64,000 bases of DNA from Alkalispirochaeta sp. (GCA_965601925.1 OZ271854.1:2432001-2496000), one strand, 5' to 3'. Numbered from the stretch's first letter, positions 9,265-19,213 are shown. The notes: generated by a model not told the origin, from the sequence alone. Program-made: numbers and translations.

Positions 9265-10506
9265 CTACGTCGCCGGTTCCAGCCGATAGAGGCCGCCGTC
9301 GCTCTCGTCGGTAATCAGGTACAGGTAGCCGTCGGGGCCCTGGCGTACGTCGCGAATACGACCCGCTGCGCCGAGGAGCAGCAACTCCTGACCGACCACT
9401 ACCTCGCCGTCGAGCTCCACACGGCGCAGATGTTGCCCGCGTAACGCACCGACGAAGATGTCGCCGCGCCACTGCGGGAACCTGTCCCCGGAGTAAAACG
9501 CCATGCCCGACGGCGCGATACTCGGCGACCAGTGGAGGACCGGCTGTTCCATGCCGGGACGACTCGTTCCCTCGCCGATCGGGGTGCCGCTACCGTAATT
9601 AACACCGTAGGTGATCACCGGCCAGCCGTAGTTGTTTCCCGCCGCGACGATATTGATCTCGTCGCCCCCTTGCGGTCCGTGTTCATGGAGCCAGATCTCA
9701 CCGGTTTCGGGATGCACTGCGATTCCCTGGGCGTTGCGATGCCCGTAACTGTACACTTCCGGCGCGGCATCGCCGCGTCCGATGAACGGATTGTCCGCCG
9801 GTATAGAGCCGTCCGGGGCGATCCGGATGAGCGTTCCGGCGTGGTCGGCGCGGTCTTGGGATCGACTCGGTGTGCCGCGGTCGCCGATCGTGATATAGAG
9901 CATGCCGTCGGTACCGAAGACGAGACGCGATCCGAAGTGCCGTCCGCCGGGAGTGGGGCGATTCATGCGAAAGATCACCTCCAGGTCGCGTAACGCCGCG
10001 CCGTCGAGCCGGGCGCGCGCCACCGCCGTGCCGAGCCCGCCTTGATAGCGATCGCTATAGCTCAAAAAGACGAGCCCGTTCGACGCAAAGGTGGGATGCA
10101 GCACAATATCCAGCAGGCCGCCCTGGCCGCTGGCCACGACGCGGGGAACGCCGGCAACCTCTGCGGTATCGCGCGCGCCGACGCGCCAGAGCGTTCCTCG
10201 CCGCTCCGTCACCAACACATCTCCGTCGGGGAGAAAGGCGAAGGACCAGGGTTCGTCGAGTCCTTCGACGACACGCACGAGGCGAAACGACGCTTGATCG
10301 CTGGAAATGGTATCCAGCACCGTGTCGGTTGCACGCGGTTGTGCGGAGAGGGGAGTCGTCACGACGGCAAGCACGACGATAAGAACCGTCGGAACGAGAG
10401 CGCCCCGCCGTGCCCCAGCCGTCCGTCGGTCCGCTTCGGGCTTGCGGAGTCGTCGGAGGGGGTGCAGCAGACGCGGAAGGGTGTCGGTGGAAGCGGGTAT
10501 CATCAT
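9265..10506 (-). CDS. yliI: PQQ-dependent soluble aldose sugar dehydrogenase (glucose/sorbosone dehydrogenase family)
   Basis: GLDEPWS, GQGGLLD, HFGSRL, GHRNAQG, EHGPQGGDEIN, NYGWP and RIRDV.QGPDG. Confidence 0.92.
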   Translation of the reverse strand: MMIPASTDTLPRLLHPLRRLRKPEADRRTAGARRGALVPTVLIVVLAVVTTPLSAQPRATDTVLDTISSDQASFRLVRVVEGLDEPWSFAFLPDGDVLVTERRGTLWRVGARDTAEVAGVPRVVASGQGGLLDIVLHPTFASNGLVFLSYSDRYQGGLGTAVARARLDGAALRDLEVIFRMNRPTPGGRHFGSRLVFGTDGMLYITIGDRGTPSRSQDRADHAGTLIRIAPDGSIPADNPFIGRGDAAPEVYSYGHRNAQGIAVHPETGEIWLHEHGPQGGDEINIVAAGNNYGWPVITYGVNYGSGTPIGEGTSRPGMEQPVLHWSPSIAPSGMAFYSGDRFPQWRGDIFVGALRGQHLRRVELDGEVVVGQELLLLGAAGRIRDVRQGPDGYLYLITDESDGGLYRLEPAT

Positions 10507-10565
10507 TGCAATCTCCTTATACGGTATGTCATGCCGCGAGGTCCGTGACGCACCACCGCCGGCGG

Positions 10566-11795
10566 TCACCGCCCCTCCGGTCGTGCGCTGTCGGTGACCT
10601 CGAATACGAAGCGTAGGGTATGGGTAAAGCCGACTTGGCGCGTCTGGCGGTGCCGAATGTCGTCGATCTCGATTAACTCGACGTCGCTTCCCGCTGCGCG
10701 CAACTGATCGGTGAACCGGCGTTGCGACGCCGGGGTGACGATGGTGTCTTCGGTGCCTTGGATGATAAGCACCGGTTTACGGTGGCCGGTCAGTCCCGCC
10801 GCGTTCTCGTCCAGAATCTCTTTGAAATCGGGAAACTCCTCGGCCAGCCGATTGCGTTGTAGCGCTCGATGGAAGGCCGGCGTATAGACTCGACCGCCGT
10901 CGAACGGATAGTGACGCTGTACCCGATCGACACACATGCCGAGCACGTCGCGCTCAAAGGTCGGCATCCAGCTGGGGGCCAAGAGTTCAGTGGGATCGAC
11001 GTGATCGGGTCCGTAGATATCGAGATATGAGTAGAAAATGTAGGGGGTGAAGGCGGCGACTTCCCGCATGAGTACCTCGACGTTCGCGGTCGGTCCGTAT
11101 CCGATACCTCCGTCCAGGCGGATTTCGGGAGCGTAGACTGCATGAAGATCGAGGGCGGAAAAGGCGGCGTGGCCCCCCTGGGAGTAGCCGGCGACGACGT
11201 TTCCCGACCCCGGTACCACGGCACTACGAATGGTATCGCGATGATGCTCAAAGACGGCGCGCGCGCCACGCAGCGCGTCGAGGAGCACTCGTCCCCCGGC
11301 GACGCTGCTGAAGTAGCGTTGCGGCACCCGAGGGTGGTGAAATCCGATGTAGTCCGGCATCACCGCGACGAGTCCGTGGGAGGCATATGAGAGCATGTGT
11401 GCCCGATACCAACCCCACCGGATTCGCTCAGGTTCCTCGAGGCTGGCGGCACACTGGTTGCCGAGACCGGTCGTTCCCGAGCCGAATGCGAGCAACGGTG
11501 CCGCTACACGTTGCTCCGTCACCGGTACGAAGAGCCCCGCTACCGTGTCGACTACACTCCCGTCTACGTCGGTGGTAAGGAAGCGCACCTCGTATACATC
11601 TACCGCGAGCAACGCCTCGATCGGCTCAAACCCTTCGAACAGAGGCGCCGTCGCCGTCTCGATCGCCTGCGGTGACAGCCGTTCCTCGTACCGGACGGAG
11701 ACGATATCGCCGGCCGAACGCACGTTTTGTGCGCTTACGGGGATCGAGGCGACCAGAAGCGCAAGCACTGCAACGACAACCGACAGACGGTTCAT
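10566..11795 (-). CDS. secreted lipase (LIP-type alpha/beta hydrolase)
   Basis: Signal peptide; GTTGLGNQCA, PDYIG, nucleophile GYSQGG, QGTEDTIV and a C-terminal His. Confidence 0.82.
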   Translation of the reverse strand: MNRLSVVVAVLALLVASIPVSAQNVRSAGDIVSVRYEERLSPQAIETATAPLFEGFEPIEALLAVDVYEVRFLTTDVDGSVVDTVAGLFVPVTEQRVAAPLLAFGSGTTGLGNQCAASLEEPERIRWGWYRAHMLSYASHGLVAVMPDYIGFHHPRVPQRYFSSVAGGRVLLDALRGARAVFEHHRDTIRSAVVPGSGNVVAGYSQGGHAAFSALDLHAVYAPEIRLDGGIGYGPTANVEVLMREVAAFTPYIFYSYLDIYGPDHVDPTELLAPSWMPTFERDVLGMCVDRVQRHYPFDGGRVYTPAFHRALQRNRLAEEFPDFKEILDENAAGLTGHRKPVLIIQGTEDTIVTPASQRRFTDQLRAAGSDVELIEIDDIRHRQTRQVGFTHTLRFVFEVTDSARPEGR

Positions 11796-12001
11796 ATCGC
11801 AAAGGTACGGACCGTCGAGCGGCGCCGTCCACCGTCGAGGCGGCGAACGGCGACGCGGTAACCGCCTCTCAAGGAGTTCTCGCAGCGGATCGCCGCGTGT
11901 CAACGAGAAGGATACCCACCGCGATCTTCGCGAGGGCGGCTTGATTCGACCGTTCGCGAGGCGAGAGCACTCCGATGGGCCCTTGTACCGCTGAGTCGAC
12001 A

Positions 12002-13360
12002 TCACCCCGCATCGGTAAGATCGTACTCGGCCATGAAGTACGGATAGTCGGGGTCGTAGCGTGTCAGCGGCTGCGGCTCGTCGATCCGGCCGATAGGTCG
12101 ACAGTCACCCACGGTACCGGTTGCCCCGTCCCCGATCGCCGCTCGAGCACGTTCGGCCGCCGCCTCCAGGAGCGCGACCGTTTCCGGCTCGAAGGAGAGG
12201 CGATCGGCGGACTCCCCGCAGTCCTCCCGTAGATTGTACAGCGCCCGCGCCTGCTCGCCTCGCTTGCGCAGATGCAACTTCCAGTCGCCGACTCTCACCG
12301 CCTCCAAGTCGTTGCGCAGGTAGTACCAGAACTCGGTTCGAGGTGGCCGTTCGGCCCGGCCGGTCAACAGCGCGGAGGCGTCTACGCCGTCGATCGTAGG
12401 TTCAGGAGAGAGAGCCGCACCCGCGAGTGCGGCGAGGGTCGGCAAGAGATCGATGTTGCTCAGGATGTCGTGGTTTACGCGACCCGCGGGGACCGTGCCG
12501 GGCCACCGAGCGATAAACGGAACCCGTTGACCTCCCTCCCACGTCGTACCTTTGCGTCCGCGCAAGTTCCCGCACGAGGGACCGAAGTCGTTGCGACTAC
12601 CGTTGTCGGAGGTGAAGAGCACCAGCGTGTTTCGGTCGATACCGAGGCGCTTCAACTCCGCGAAAATGACCCCCGTCGCCCAATCGATCGCCGCCACCCC
12701 GGCGCCGTACGGACCGTTCGCGCTCTCTCGCAAGAACCGATCCTGGACGTACAGCGGCAAATGCACGTACATGTGGGCAAAGTAGAGAAAAAAGGGCCGG
12801 TCGCGATTGGCTCTGAGAAACGTAACCGCGTCCTCAACGTAGCGGCCGGTGACCGAGGCTTGGTCGAGTTGCGCCTCTATCACCTCGCCGTCGCGTAAGA
12901 GCGGCAGCGGTACTCGGTAGCTATCGCTCTTGCCCGCCTGCAGCCCCATATCGTTGCTGTACGGGATGCCGTAGTACCCGTCGAATCCGTGGTTGATCGG
13001 CAAAAAGGGCGGTTGATCGCCGCAGTGCCACTTGCCGATGATACGCGTCGCGTACCCGGCCTTTCGTAACACGCCGGCAACGGTGCGCTCCGAGGGATTC
13101 AACCCCACACCCTGCCCGGGGAAGAGTACTCCTTCGCCTTCGAACTCGCCGAAGCCGATACGCGGTGGATAGCACCCGGTCAAGAGTGCGCCGCGAGAGG
13201 GCGAGCATACCGCGGAGGCGGCGTAGAAGTCGGTAAAGAGGGTGCCTTCGGCGGCCATACGGTCCAAATGGGGCGTCTTATGCAGCCGATGGCCGGTACA
13301 TCCCAGGTCTCCCCATCCGAGATCGTCACAGTTGATCAGTATGATATTGGGCTGCGACAC
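12002..13360 (-). CDS. Cys-type sulfatase (arylsulfatase A-like)
   Basis: PNIILINCDDLG, CSPSRGALLTG, GKWH, FTSDNG and KGTTWEGG.RVP. Start GTG 13360 or 13390. Confidence 0.92.
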   Translation of the reverse strand: MSQPNIILINCDDLGWGDLGCTGHRLHKTPHLDRMAAEGTLFTDFYAASAVCSPSRGALLTGCYPPRIGFGEFEGEGVLFPGQGVGLNPSERTVAGVLRKAGYATRIIGKWHCGDQPPFLPINHGFDGYYGIPYSNDMGLQAGKSDSYRVPLPLLRDGEVIEAQLDQASVTGRYVEDAVTFLRANRDRPFFLYFAHMYVHLPLYVQDRFLRESANGPYGAGVAAIDWATGVIFAELKRLGIDRNTLVLFTSDNGSRNDFGPSCGNLRGRKGTTWEGGQRVPFIARWPGTVPAGRVNHDILSNIDLLPTLAALAGAALSPEPTIDGVDASALLTGRAERPPRTEFWYYLRNDLEAVRVGDWKLHLRKRGEQARALYNLREDCGESADRLSFEPETVALLEAAAERARAAIGDGATGTVGDCRPIGRIDEPQPLTRYDPDYPYFMAEYDLTDAG

Positions 13361-13491
13361 ACCCGACACGCTACCACCGCCCGGCGCCACTGTAAAGCGA
13401 ACCGGCCGGTTCCCGAGGCGGCGTTCGTCTCGGGCCGATTATCGGATGTGGTAGCACGTCGACGGCGACCATCGGCGCCTCCGTGCTTGAC

Positions 13492-15036
13492 CTACCTCCG
13501 CCGGAGGCGGCGACGTACCGTTTCGCGTGCCCGTATCACCCGCAGCAGAGCGGTGATAATCGCCGGGCTGTAGACCGTCTGGCGCACGATGTCGTCCCCG
13601 TCGAAGTACTCGTCCACGTAGTGCGTCGTACTCGCCGGAATGAGCATGAGCTTTGACCACACTCGCGCCCCGACGCGCTCCCGATTCGGCATGATGCCCA
13701 TCTCCCGGGCCAACATATCGCAATAGGGGAACTGTTCGACCGGATAGACGTTATCCGTATCGATCGTGGGATAGGCGCCGCGCTGCTCCTCACGACGGCG
13801 CGCCTGCACCACCCCCAGATCGTCCGGCGGCGCGACGCGTCCGGTGAGAACCGCGACGCAGTACCGCGCCTGCATTTCGGCGATCGAGGGAATGTTGCCG
13901 ACAATCGGCCGGGCAAATCCGATAAGAAATAGACCCGATCCGTCGATATGGACGCACCCGTGGTAAAAGTCTCCAAGGCCGATCGTCCCGCCGGTAAGTT
14001 CATCGAGCCCCGAGCGATACCCGCCGGACCACACCAACACGTCCGGGTTGACGCGGATGGTGCGAAGGCCGTCGAAGTCGAGGTAGTGGGTTCGCCTCTC
14101 ATCGACCGCGGGTCCGATGATCTGCAGTCGTCCGTCGGCGACTGCGTCGAGAAAGCCGTCGCTCTTGTTATGAAAGACGTTGAACAATCGATCTCTGGCG
14201 CGCTCGGTGAGCCTCAAATCCCAGTCGCGCCGCCTGGCGCGCTCCGCGGCGGTGCCGCGCCGCCGATCTTCCCGGTGCGGAAAGACTGCGCTGAGGAGCC
14301 GCTTCCACCGAATACGAAAGGCTACGAAACGCTCGCCGATACGGTTGCGCAGCTCTCGGTCGAAGGAGAGAAGCAGACGATTGCGCAGAAAATCGGACGG
14401 CACCCCGCGGATAGGGTGGAAACGCGGACTGACACGCACTCCGGAACGCAGCGACAGATAGACGGTGTTGCCGCCCTCCGGCCGAGCCAAGTGAGCGGCC
14501 ATGTCCGTTGCCGATTCGCCGCCTCCGACGACCACGACACGCTTCCCGCGAACCGCCTCGGGGTCCTCGGCCATAGGAACGTCGCCGCCTGAAAAGGGCG
14601 CTTTGTGATACGTAAGGCCGGTGCACACAAAGACGGCGTCGAAACGTTCGATCGTCTCCGCATTGTTGGCGGCCACGGTAAGTAGCCACCGGCCGGCACT
14701 CCGCTCGATGCGACGCACCTCCACGCCGAACCGAATGGAACGCCGGAGCGCGAAGTGGTCGGCAAAGTCGTCCAAGTAGTCGCCGAACTCGCCGCCGCGG
14801 AAGAACGCATCGGTCGTTCCTGCGTCCGAAGCCTTCGCCGACCATCGGCGGAAACAGGAGAATTGCGTCGTATACTTCGTCGAGGTTGAGACGAAGTCCG
14901 GTCGCTGGTCGCCCCAGCAGCCGCGAACCGAGTCGCCGCGCTCGAAGCACACGATATCGGCGTGGGCGACGGCGTCTCGTAGGTATTTGAGCGTTACCAG
15001 ACCGCTCGCGCCCGCTCCGACAACCGCGATCTTCAC
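13492..15036 (-). CDS. flavin-containing monooxygenase-like protein (class B, atypical)
   Basis: GAGASG FAD motif, G.W, GKRVVVVGGGESA NAD(P) motif and EMQAR. GTGA overlap with the upstream ketosynthase. Confidence 0.8.
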   Translation of the reverse strand: MKIAVVGAGASGLVTLKYLRDAVAHADIVCFERGDSVRGCWGDQRPDFVSTSTKYTTQFSCFRRWSAKASDAGTTDAFFRGGEFGDYLDDFADHFALRRSIRFGVEVRRIERSAGRWLLTVAANNAETIERFDAVFVCTGLTYHKAPFSGGDVPMAEDPEAVRGKRVVVVGGGESATDMAAHLARPEGGNTVYLSLRSGVRVSPRFHPIRGVPSDFLRNRLLLSFDRELRNRIGERFVAFRIRWKRLLSAVFPHREDRRRGTAAERARRRDWDLRLTERARDRLFNVFHNKSDGFLDAVADGRLQIIGPAVDERRTHYLDFDGLRTIRVNPDVLVWSGGYRSGLDELTGGTIGLGDFYHGCVHIDGSGLFLIGFARPIVGNIPSIAEMQARYCVAVLTGRVAPPDDLGVVQARRREEQRGAYPTIDTDNVYPVEQFPYCDMLAREMGIMPNRERVGARVWSKLMLIPASTTHYVDEYFDGDDIVRQTVYSPAIITALLRVIRARETVRRRLRRR

Positions 15037-16118
15037 GACACGACCGTGAGACTCAGGATGACAAAGTTGAACTGCCCCGACTCCGGAATGAAGAGGAGCA
15101 ATCGATCGCCGGCGCGGAGCTCTTTCGTACGAAGATACTCGTCAAGCATGATGAAGATGCTGGCGGCACCGGTGTTACCGGCGCTTTGCAAGTTGGTCCA
15201 GTACGGTACGCGCCGCGTCGGCGACAGCGCCGCGATCGCCCGCTGTACTACCGGCTCGAAGTAGTACGAGGAGAGGTGAGGGAGAATCGCGGTATAGTCG
15301 GTCAACGCCTCCTTGTGGTCGACGAGCGCCCCTTCCAGGGCGCGGAGCGCAAGGGGCTCCATGTGCCGGGCCAAGATCGTTACGTCCTGGCTCAAGCGGA
15401 TTGGGTTGCTCTGAAGATACATACACAGCGGCGCCTCGTTCGCAAACGAGCGCGAGTAGGACCAGTCTATGCGGAGTGAGGTGCCCGTCTCGCGCGGCCG
15501 CGGCTCCAGGAGGAACGCCCCCGCGCCGTCGGAGAGCATGAAACGCAGGAACACCGACATGAACCACTGCGATGTGCGAACATCGCGCACGACGGCGCCC
15601 ACGTCGTGGACCGGGCGAAACGCCTTGGACTTGAGCGCCACCGAAGACTGTTCCACTCCCACGGCGACCGCCGCGGTAACGTCGCCCGACTTTATCGCCC
15701 GGTCGGCGTGCACCAGCGCTTGAGCGCCGGAGGTACAGATGCCGGCGCTCGAGCTGATCTCGATCGGCCCGTCGACGAGGGCGTCTTTCTTCAGTTGATC
15801 GTGTACCAGCGATCCGATTCCCGGCGCCAACAGCGGGGCGTGGGTAGAGCCGGCCGCCAGATAGTCGATCGCAGGCGCCGCACCGCGACCGGCCAAACAC
15901 GCCTTGACCGCCCGTGAGGCCAACTCGTAGACCGAATGGGTCGCGTTTTGGGCGGTATCCAGTGCGTAGTGGCGCGTGCGGATTCCGTTTGCCCGTAAGA
16001 TTTTGTCCCGCACCCGCCGCTCGCCCAACACACGGCCGAGATACCGGTGAATCGTATCGTTATCGACCGGATCGCCCGGCAGAAACGCGCCGGTGCCGGT
16101 GATGTAACTGTCGGACAT
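15033..16118 (-). CDS. StlD/DarB-like beta-ketoacyl synthase (FabH/KAS III superfamily)
   Basis: YITGTGAFLPGDPVDND...ILRANGIRTRHYA, catalytic Cys (AGICTSG), FLRFMLSDGAGA, His (LPHLSS), Asn (GNTGAAS), PESG; RBS GAGGGG. Confidence 0.85.
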   Translation of the reverse strand: MSDSYITGTGAFLPGDPVDNDTIHRYLGRVLGERRVRDKILRANGIRTRHYALDTAQNATHSVYELASRAVKACLAGRGAAPAIDYLAAGSTHAPLLAPGIGSLVHDQLKKDALVDGPIEISSSAGICTSGAQALVHADRAIKSGDVTAAVAVGVEQSSVALKSKAFRPVHDVGAVVRDVRTSQWFMSVFLRFMLSDGAGAFLLEPRPRETGTSLRIDWSYSRSFANEAPLCMYLQSNPIRLSQDVTILARHMEPLALRALEGALVDHKEALTDYTAILPHLSSYYFEPVVQRAIAALSPTRRVPYWTNLQSAGNTGAASIFIMLDEYLRTKELRAGDRLLLFIPESGQFNFVILSLTVVS

Positions 16119-17058
16119 CGGATTCACCCCTCGTTTGTTCGGTATTGTTGCGGAGTAGTTCGTATGCAAACTCGTCGAACGCGATGTGGTTATAGAGATA
16201 CTGATTCGGGTCTGCGAGAAACGGATTGTTGTTGTAGTGACCGCGATTGCCCTCGCTCGGCAGGTAGAAGTCGAGGCTCGCCCGCGCCTCGGCGTCTTCG
16301 GCGTAGATGGTCTTCAGACACCACAGGAGGAGCGAGTCGGAGCTGAACGAGTTGAGCGCACGGACGACGGTGCCGTAATCGCCGAAGATGGTGATCGTCG
16401 CGACGACGAAGATAATCACGTTGGTCGCGCCGAGGACGTTTAGCGAGTGGCGCCGGTTCTGTTCCAGGATTTTTCGGCCGAACTGAGCGACGTCCTCGGG
16501 CCGACTCGTACGATAGAACGAAATGTTTCCGAGGAACTCCGCCTTGCGAAAACGGTTCATCATCTCGTACGAAAGGTCGTCGTGACAGATCGTTAGCCCG
16601 TGCGCCACCACCTCGCGCACCGAGTCGATACTGTAATCGCCGTCGATTCCTTTGAGCCGTTCACCGCTGCGGCCTGTGCGTCGCGCCGCGGTTCCGGAGA
16701 GCAAATAGCGGTAGAGCAGGGGCTCGATCTGCACGTGCCGAACAAAGAGCTCCAGCGCGTCGTAGGAGGCGAAGTGCTTAATGCCGAAGGCGAGCACGCC
16801 GTCTATACATTTCTCCTCAAACCCCCACGCGCGGCGGTGGAGGAGAAACTTAAGGGGAATAATCGTCAGGCGCAGAAGGAAGTACACCGTCAGGAGAACC
16901 GGACGGATTACGCGATAGTCGAATCGGCGTCTTTCGCGTTCGAAGATTTCGTTTATGTAGTCGGTAAGATGCGGCAGCCTTTGCGTCGTACCGAAGACAT
17001 CTGCGGAATCGTCGAGCGTCCGGCGTGTTCCGTGTATCGATCCTTTTGAACTACCCAT
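16060..17058 (-). CDS. conserved-looking protein of unknown function with two hydrophobic segments (tentatively DUF6999-like)
   Basis: RBS GGAG and ATG at 17058; LFVRHVQIE and HDDLSY motifs; 59-nt overlap with the ketosynthase start. The family label is from recall and unverified. Confidence 0.6.
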   Translation of the reverse strand: MGSSKGSIHGTRRTLDDSADVFGTTQRLPHLTDYINEIFERERRRFDYRVIRPVLLTVYFLLRLTIIPLKFLLHRRAWGFEEKCIDGVLAFGIKHFASYDALELFVRHVQIEPLLYRYLLSGTAARRTGRSGERLKGIDGDYSIDSVREVVAHGLTICHDDLSYEMMNRFRKAEFLGNISFYRTSRPEDVAQFGRKILEQNRRHSLNVLGATNVIIFVVATITIFGDYGTVVRALNSFSSDSLLLWCLKTIYAEDAEARASLDFYLPSEGNRGHYNNNPFLADPNQYLYNHIAFDEFAYELLRNNTEQTRGESDVRQLHHRHRRVSAGRSGR

Positions 17059-17148
17059 GTCAGTCTCCACAACAGCTCGGTATGGTGATGGTTACACCCA
17101 TCGTCGTGGAAAGGATGCTTCAGCACTCCATCGGCGCCCAAAAGAAGA

Positions 17149-17190
17149 TTTTTTAATAGAAAAATAATTCCGTATATATCTATTAAAAAA
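17149..17190. promoter_or_regulatory. perfect 12-bp inverted repeat in an AT-rich patch upstream of the ketosynthase operon
   Basis: TTTTTTAATAGA (17149-17160), N18, TCTATTAAAAAA (17179-17190). Confidence 0.6.
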
Positions 17191-17396
17191 CATGCTGTAC
17201 GGCTCAAATCGTGGCCGTGGACCGTTCGGCGTTACATTTCGCGAACCGACGCGGGTGCGTCGGTCCGGTGCTTACGGCGGTCCTCCCGTGGTGATGCCGG
17301 CCCCTGTCGCGGTTCTCTTTTAATGAATAGGCTCGCTGTTCTCGCGGATAGGATATGAACTGCGCGTGTCGTTCCGTCGTCGACACGCGCGGGACG

Positions 17397-18422
17397 CTAT
17401 CGCTCCCTCACCGCGCCGTTTTCAATCACCGTGTCCGCGCTCTCCACCACATCCGATGGAACGTCGATGCCGAGGCGGGAGGCGACGTCGAGATTCAACA
17501 CCATCGTCATTTCATCGGCGTCGTCGGCGAGAACCGTGGGGATCTCACCGGGATCTTCGCCTCGGAGTATTCGATCGACGAGCGCTCCGGTCGTGCGGCC
17601 GATGGCGTACCAATCAAATCCCCACGCAACGAATACCTCGTTGTCCGTCGCGCTCGCCGGATCGGCTGAGAGAATCGGAACGCCCGCCTCCACCGCCACC
17701 TCCGAAAGCGAGGCGAGGGCGGATACGACTTGGTTGTCCGTACTGACGTAGATTGCGTCGACGCGATCCATGATGGATTGAGCGGCACTGCGCACCTCGC
17801 TCGGATTGGTAATCGTCTGATCGACGAACTCGATGCCCAGCGCCGTCGCCGCAACGCGCGTTTGCTCGGCCAAAAAGACCGCGTTGGACTCCCCCGACGA
17901 ATAGATGTGGCCGAGAGTCCCGATATCGCGCAGGCCCATCATGAACTCGATCTGCTGTTGTACCGGTGTGCGATGGGAAACGCCGGCGATACCCGGTTCT
18001 CCCTCGGTCAGCGACGCGACGAGTCCCGCCGAGACCGGATCGGTTATCGCGGTGTACACGATCGGTATGCCGTCGAGAGCTGCCGTGAGCGCCTGGGCGA
18101 CCGGCGTCGCGATGCCCACGGCGAGGTCGACCCGGTCGCTCTGAAATTTGGCGGCGATCTGCCGCGCCGTGGCGATATCGGCGTTCGCGTTCTGCACGTC
18201 GTACTCGATCGCGTCCCAACCGCGTTCGGCGAGTTCGTCTACCAGCCCTTCGCGAACCGCATCCAACGCGGGGTGCGTAACGAACTGCGAGATGCCGATG
18301 CGCACCGCATCTCGCTCAGATTGTCCTTCCGCCGCGGCGCGTGGTATCGACAGCACGAGAAAGGCGATGCTGCAGAGCGTAACGACCAACAGCTGCGCGG
18401 CTCGACGACGTGTATGGTGCAT
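17397..18422 (-). CDS. ABC transporter substrate-binding protein (ABC_sub_bind, aromatic amino-acid type)
   Basis: IGISQFVTHPALDA, QNANAD, IATP.AQA, AITDPV.AGLV and TDN motifs. Confidence 0.88.
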   Translation of the reverse strand: MHHTRRRAAQLLVVTLCSIAFLVLSIPRAAAEGQSERDAVRIGISQFVTHPALDAVREGLVDELAERGWDAIEYDVQNANADIATARQIAAKFQSDRVDLAVGIATPVAQALTAALDGIPIVYTAITDPVSAGLVASLTEGEPGIAGVSHRTPVQQQIEFMMGLRDIGTLGHIYSSGESNAVFLAEQTRVAATALGIEFVDQTITNPSEVRSAAQSIMDRVDAIYVSTDNQVVSALASLSEVAVEAGVPILSADPASATDNEVFVAWGFDWYAIGRTTGALVDRILRGEDPGEIPTVLADDADEMTMVLNLDVASRLGIDVPSDVVESADTVIENGAVRER

Positions 18423-18524
18423 GGGTACCTCCCTTTGAATCTACACATGCATCATAACGGCTTTCGCCCTTCGGTACGACCGGCGCCGGGCACAGTGCGT
18501 TGCCGCTATGGGTCAGTCGGAGCG

Positions 18525-19172
18525 TTAATCCTCGCGAACAGCAAGACCGGAGTGGAAGATGTGCTCGCGCATCTCGCGTTCCGCAACGTCCGGGTCCCCG
18601 CTCTCAAGGGCGCGCACGATGCGTCTGTGATTGTCCTCCGGGACCGGGGCGTGAATGCGCTTGGCGGTTAGTTCAGCCTTCTGCAGTAAGTTGAACAGAT
18701 TGATGCGTCGCAGCGCCTCGACGAGAGACGGGTGATTCGTGTGTTGAGCCAGTCGGAGATGGAATGCGTAGTGCTCATCCCAAAACTCGTCTTCGATGCG
18801 GTCCGACTTCTGAAATGCGTCGAGACGCGAGGCCATGGAGTGGAGAACTTCAAAATCACGTTCACTTAAGCGGTTGCATAAGATACGCACTACATGACAT
18901 TCGACCGCTTCACGCAACGCGTACCGGTCTTGAATGACCTCCCGTGTCAGTTCTATGACTCGAGAGCCCCACTGCGGCTTCGATTCAACCAGTCCCTCCG
19001 TCTCCAGGCGGTGCAACGCCTCGATGACCGGTATGATGCTCACGCCGGACAGTTCGGCCATCTTGCGACGGCTGAGTTTGGTTCCCGGCGGTAACGCCCC
19101 CGACAGAATACGCGAGCAAATCGCGTCATACGCGATATCCGCCGATGTGCGAAACGACGCCTGTGAGCCCAT
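18525..19172 (-). CDS. GntR family (FCD) transcriptional regulator
   Basis: AYDAICSRILSG.LPPGTKL...GVS..PVIEAL.RLE.EGLV, FH..LA and H..IV.AL..GDPD.AE..MREH. Confidence 0.9.
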   Translation of the reverse strand: MGSQASFRTSADIAYDAICSRILSGALPPGTKLSRRKMAELSGVSIIPVIEALHRLETEGLVESKPQWGSRVIELTREVIQDRYALREAVECHVVRILCNRLSERDFEVLHSMASRLDAFQKSDRIEDEFWDEHYAFHLRLAQHTNHPSLVEALRRINLFNLLQKAELTAKRIHAPVPEDNHRRIVRALESGDPDVAEREMREHIFHSGLAVRED

Positions 19173-19201
19173 GGTAGATAGCACCTCTCAAGCGAGAATA
19201 T

Positions 19202-19213
19202 CTGTTATAACAG
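19202..19213. promoter_or_regulatory. GntR operator copy 1
   Basis: Perfect palindrome CTGTTATAACAG just upstream of gntR. Confidence 0.75.

Noticed and set aside
9265..13360. sulfatase, lipase and yliI as part of the ketosynthase cluster
   Set aside because: Same strand but separated by 130-200 bp gaps with no coupling; these are common stand-alone genes and linkage cannot be supported without synteny.
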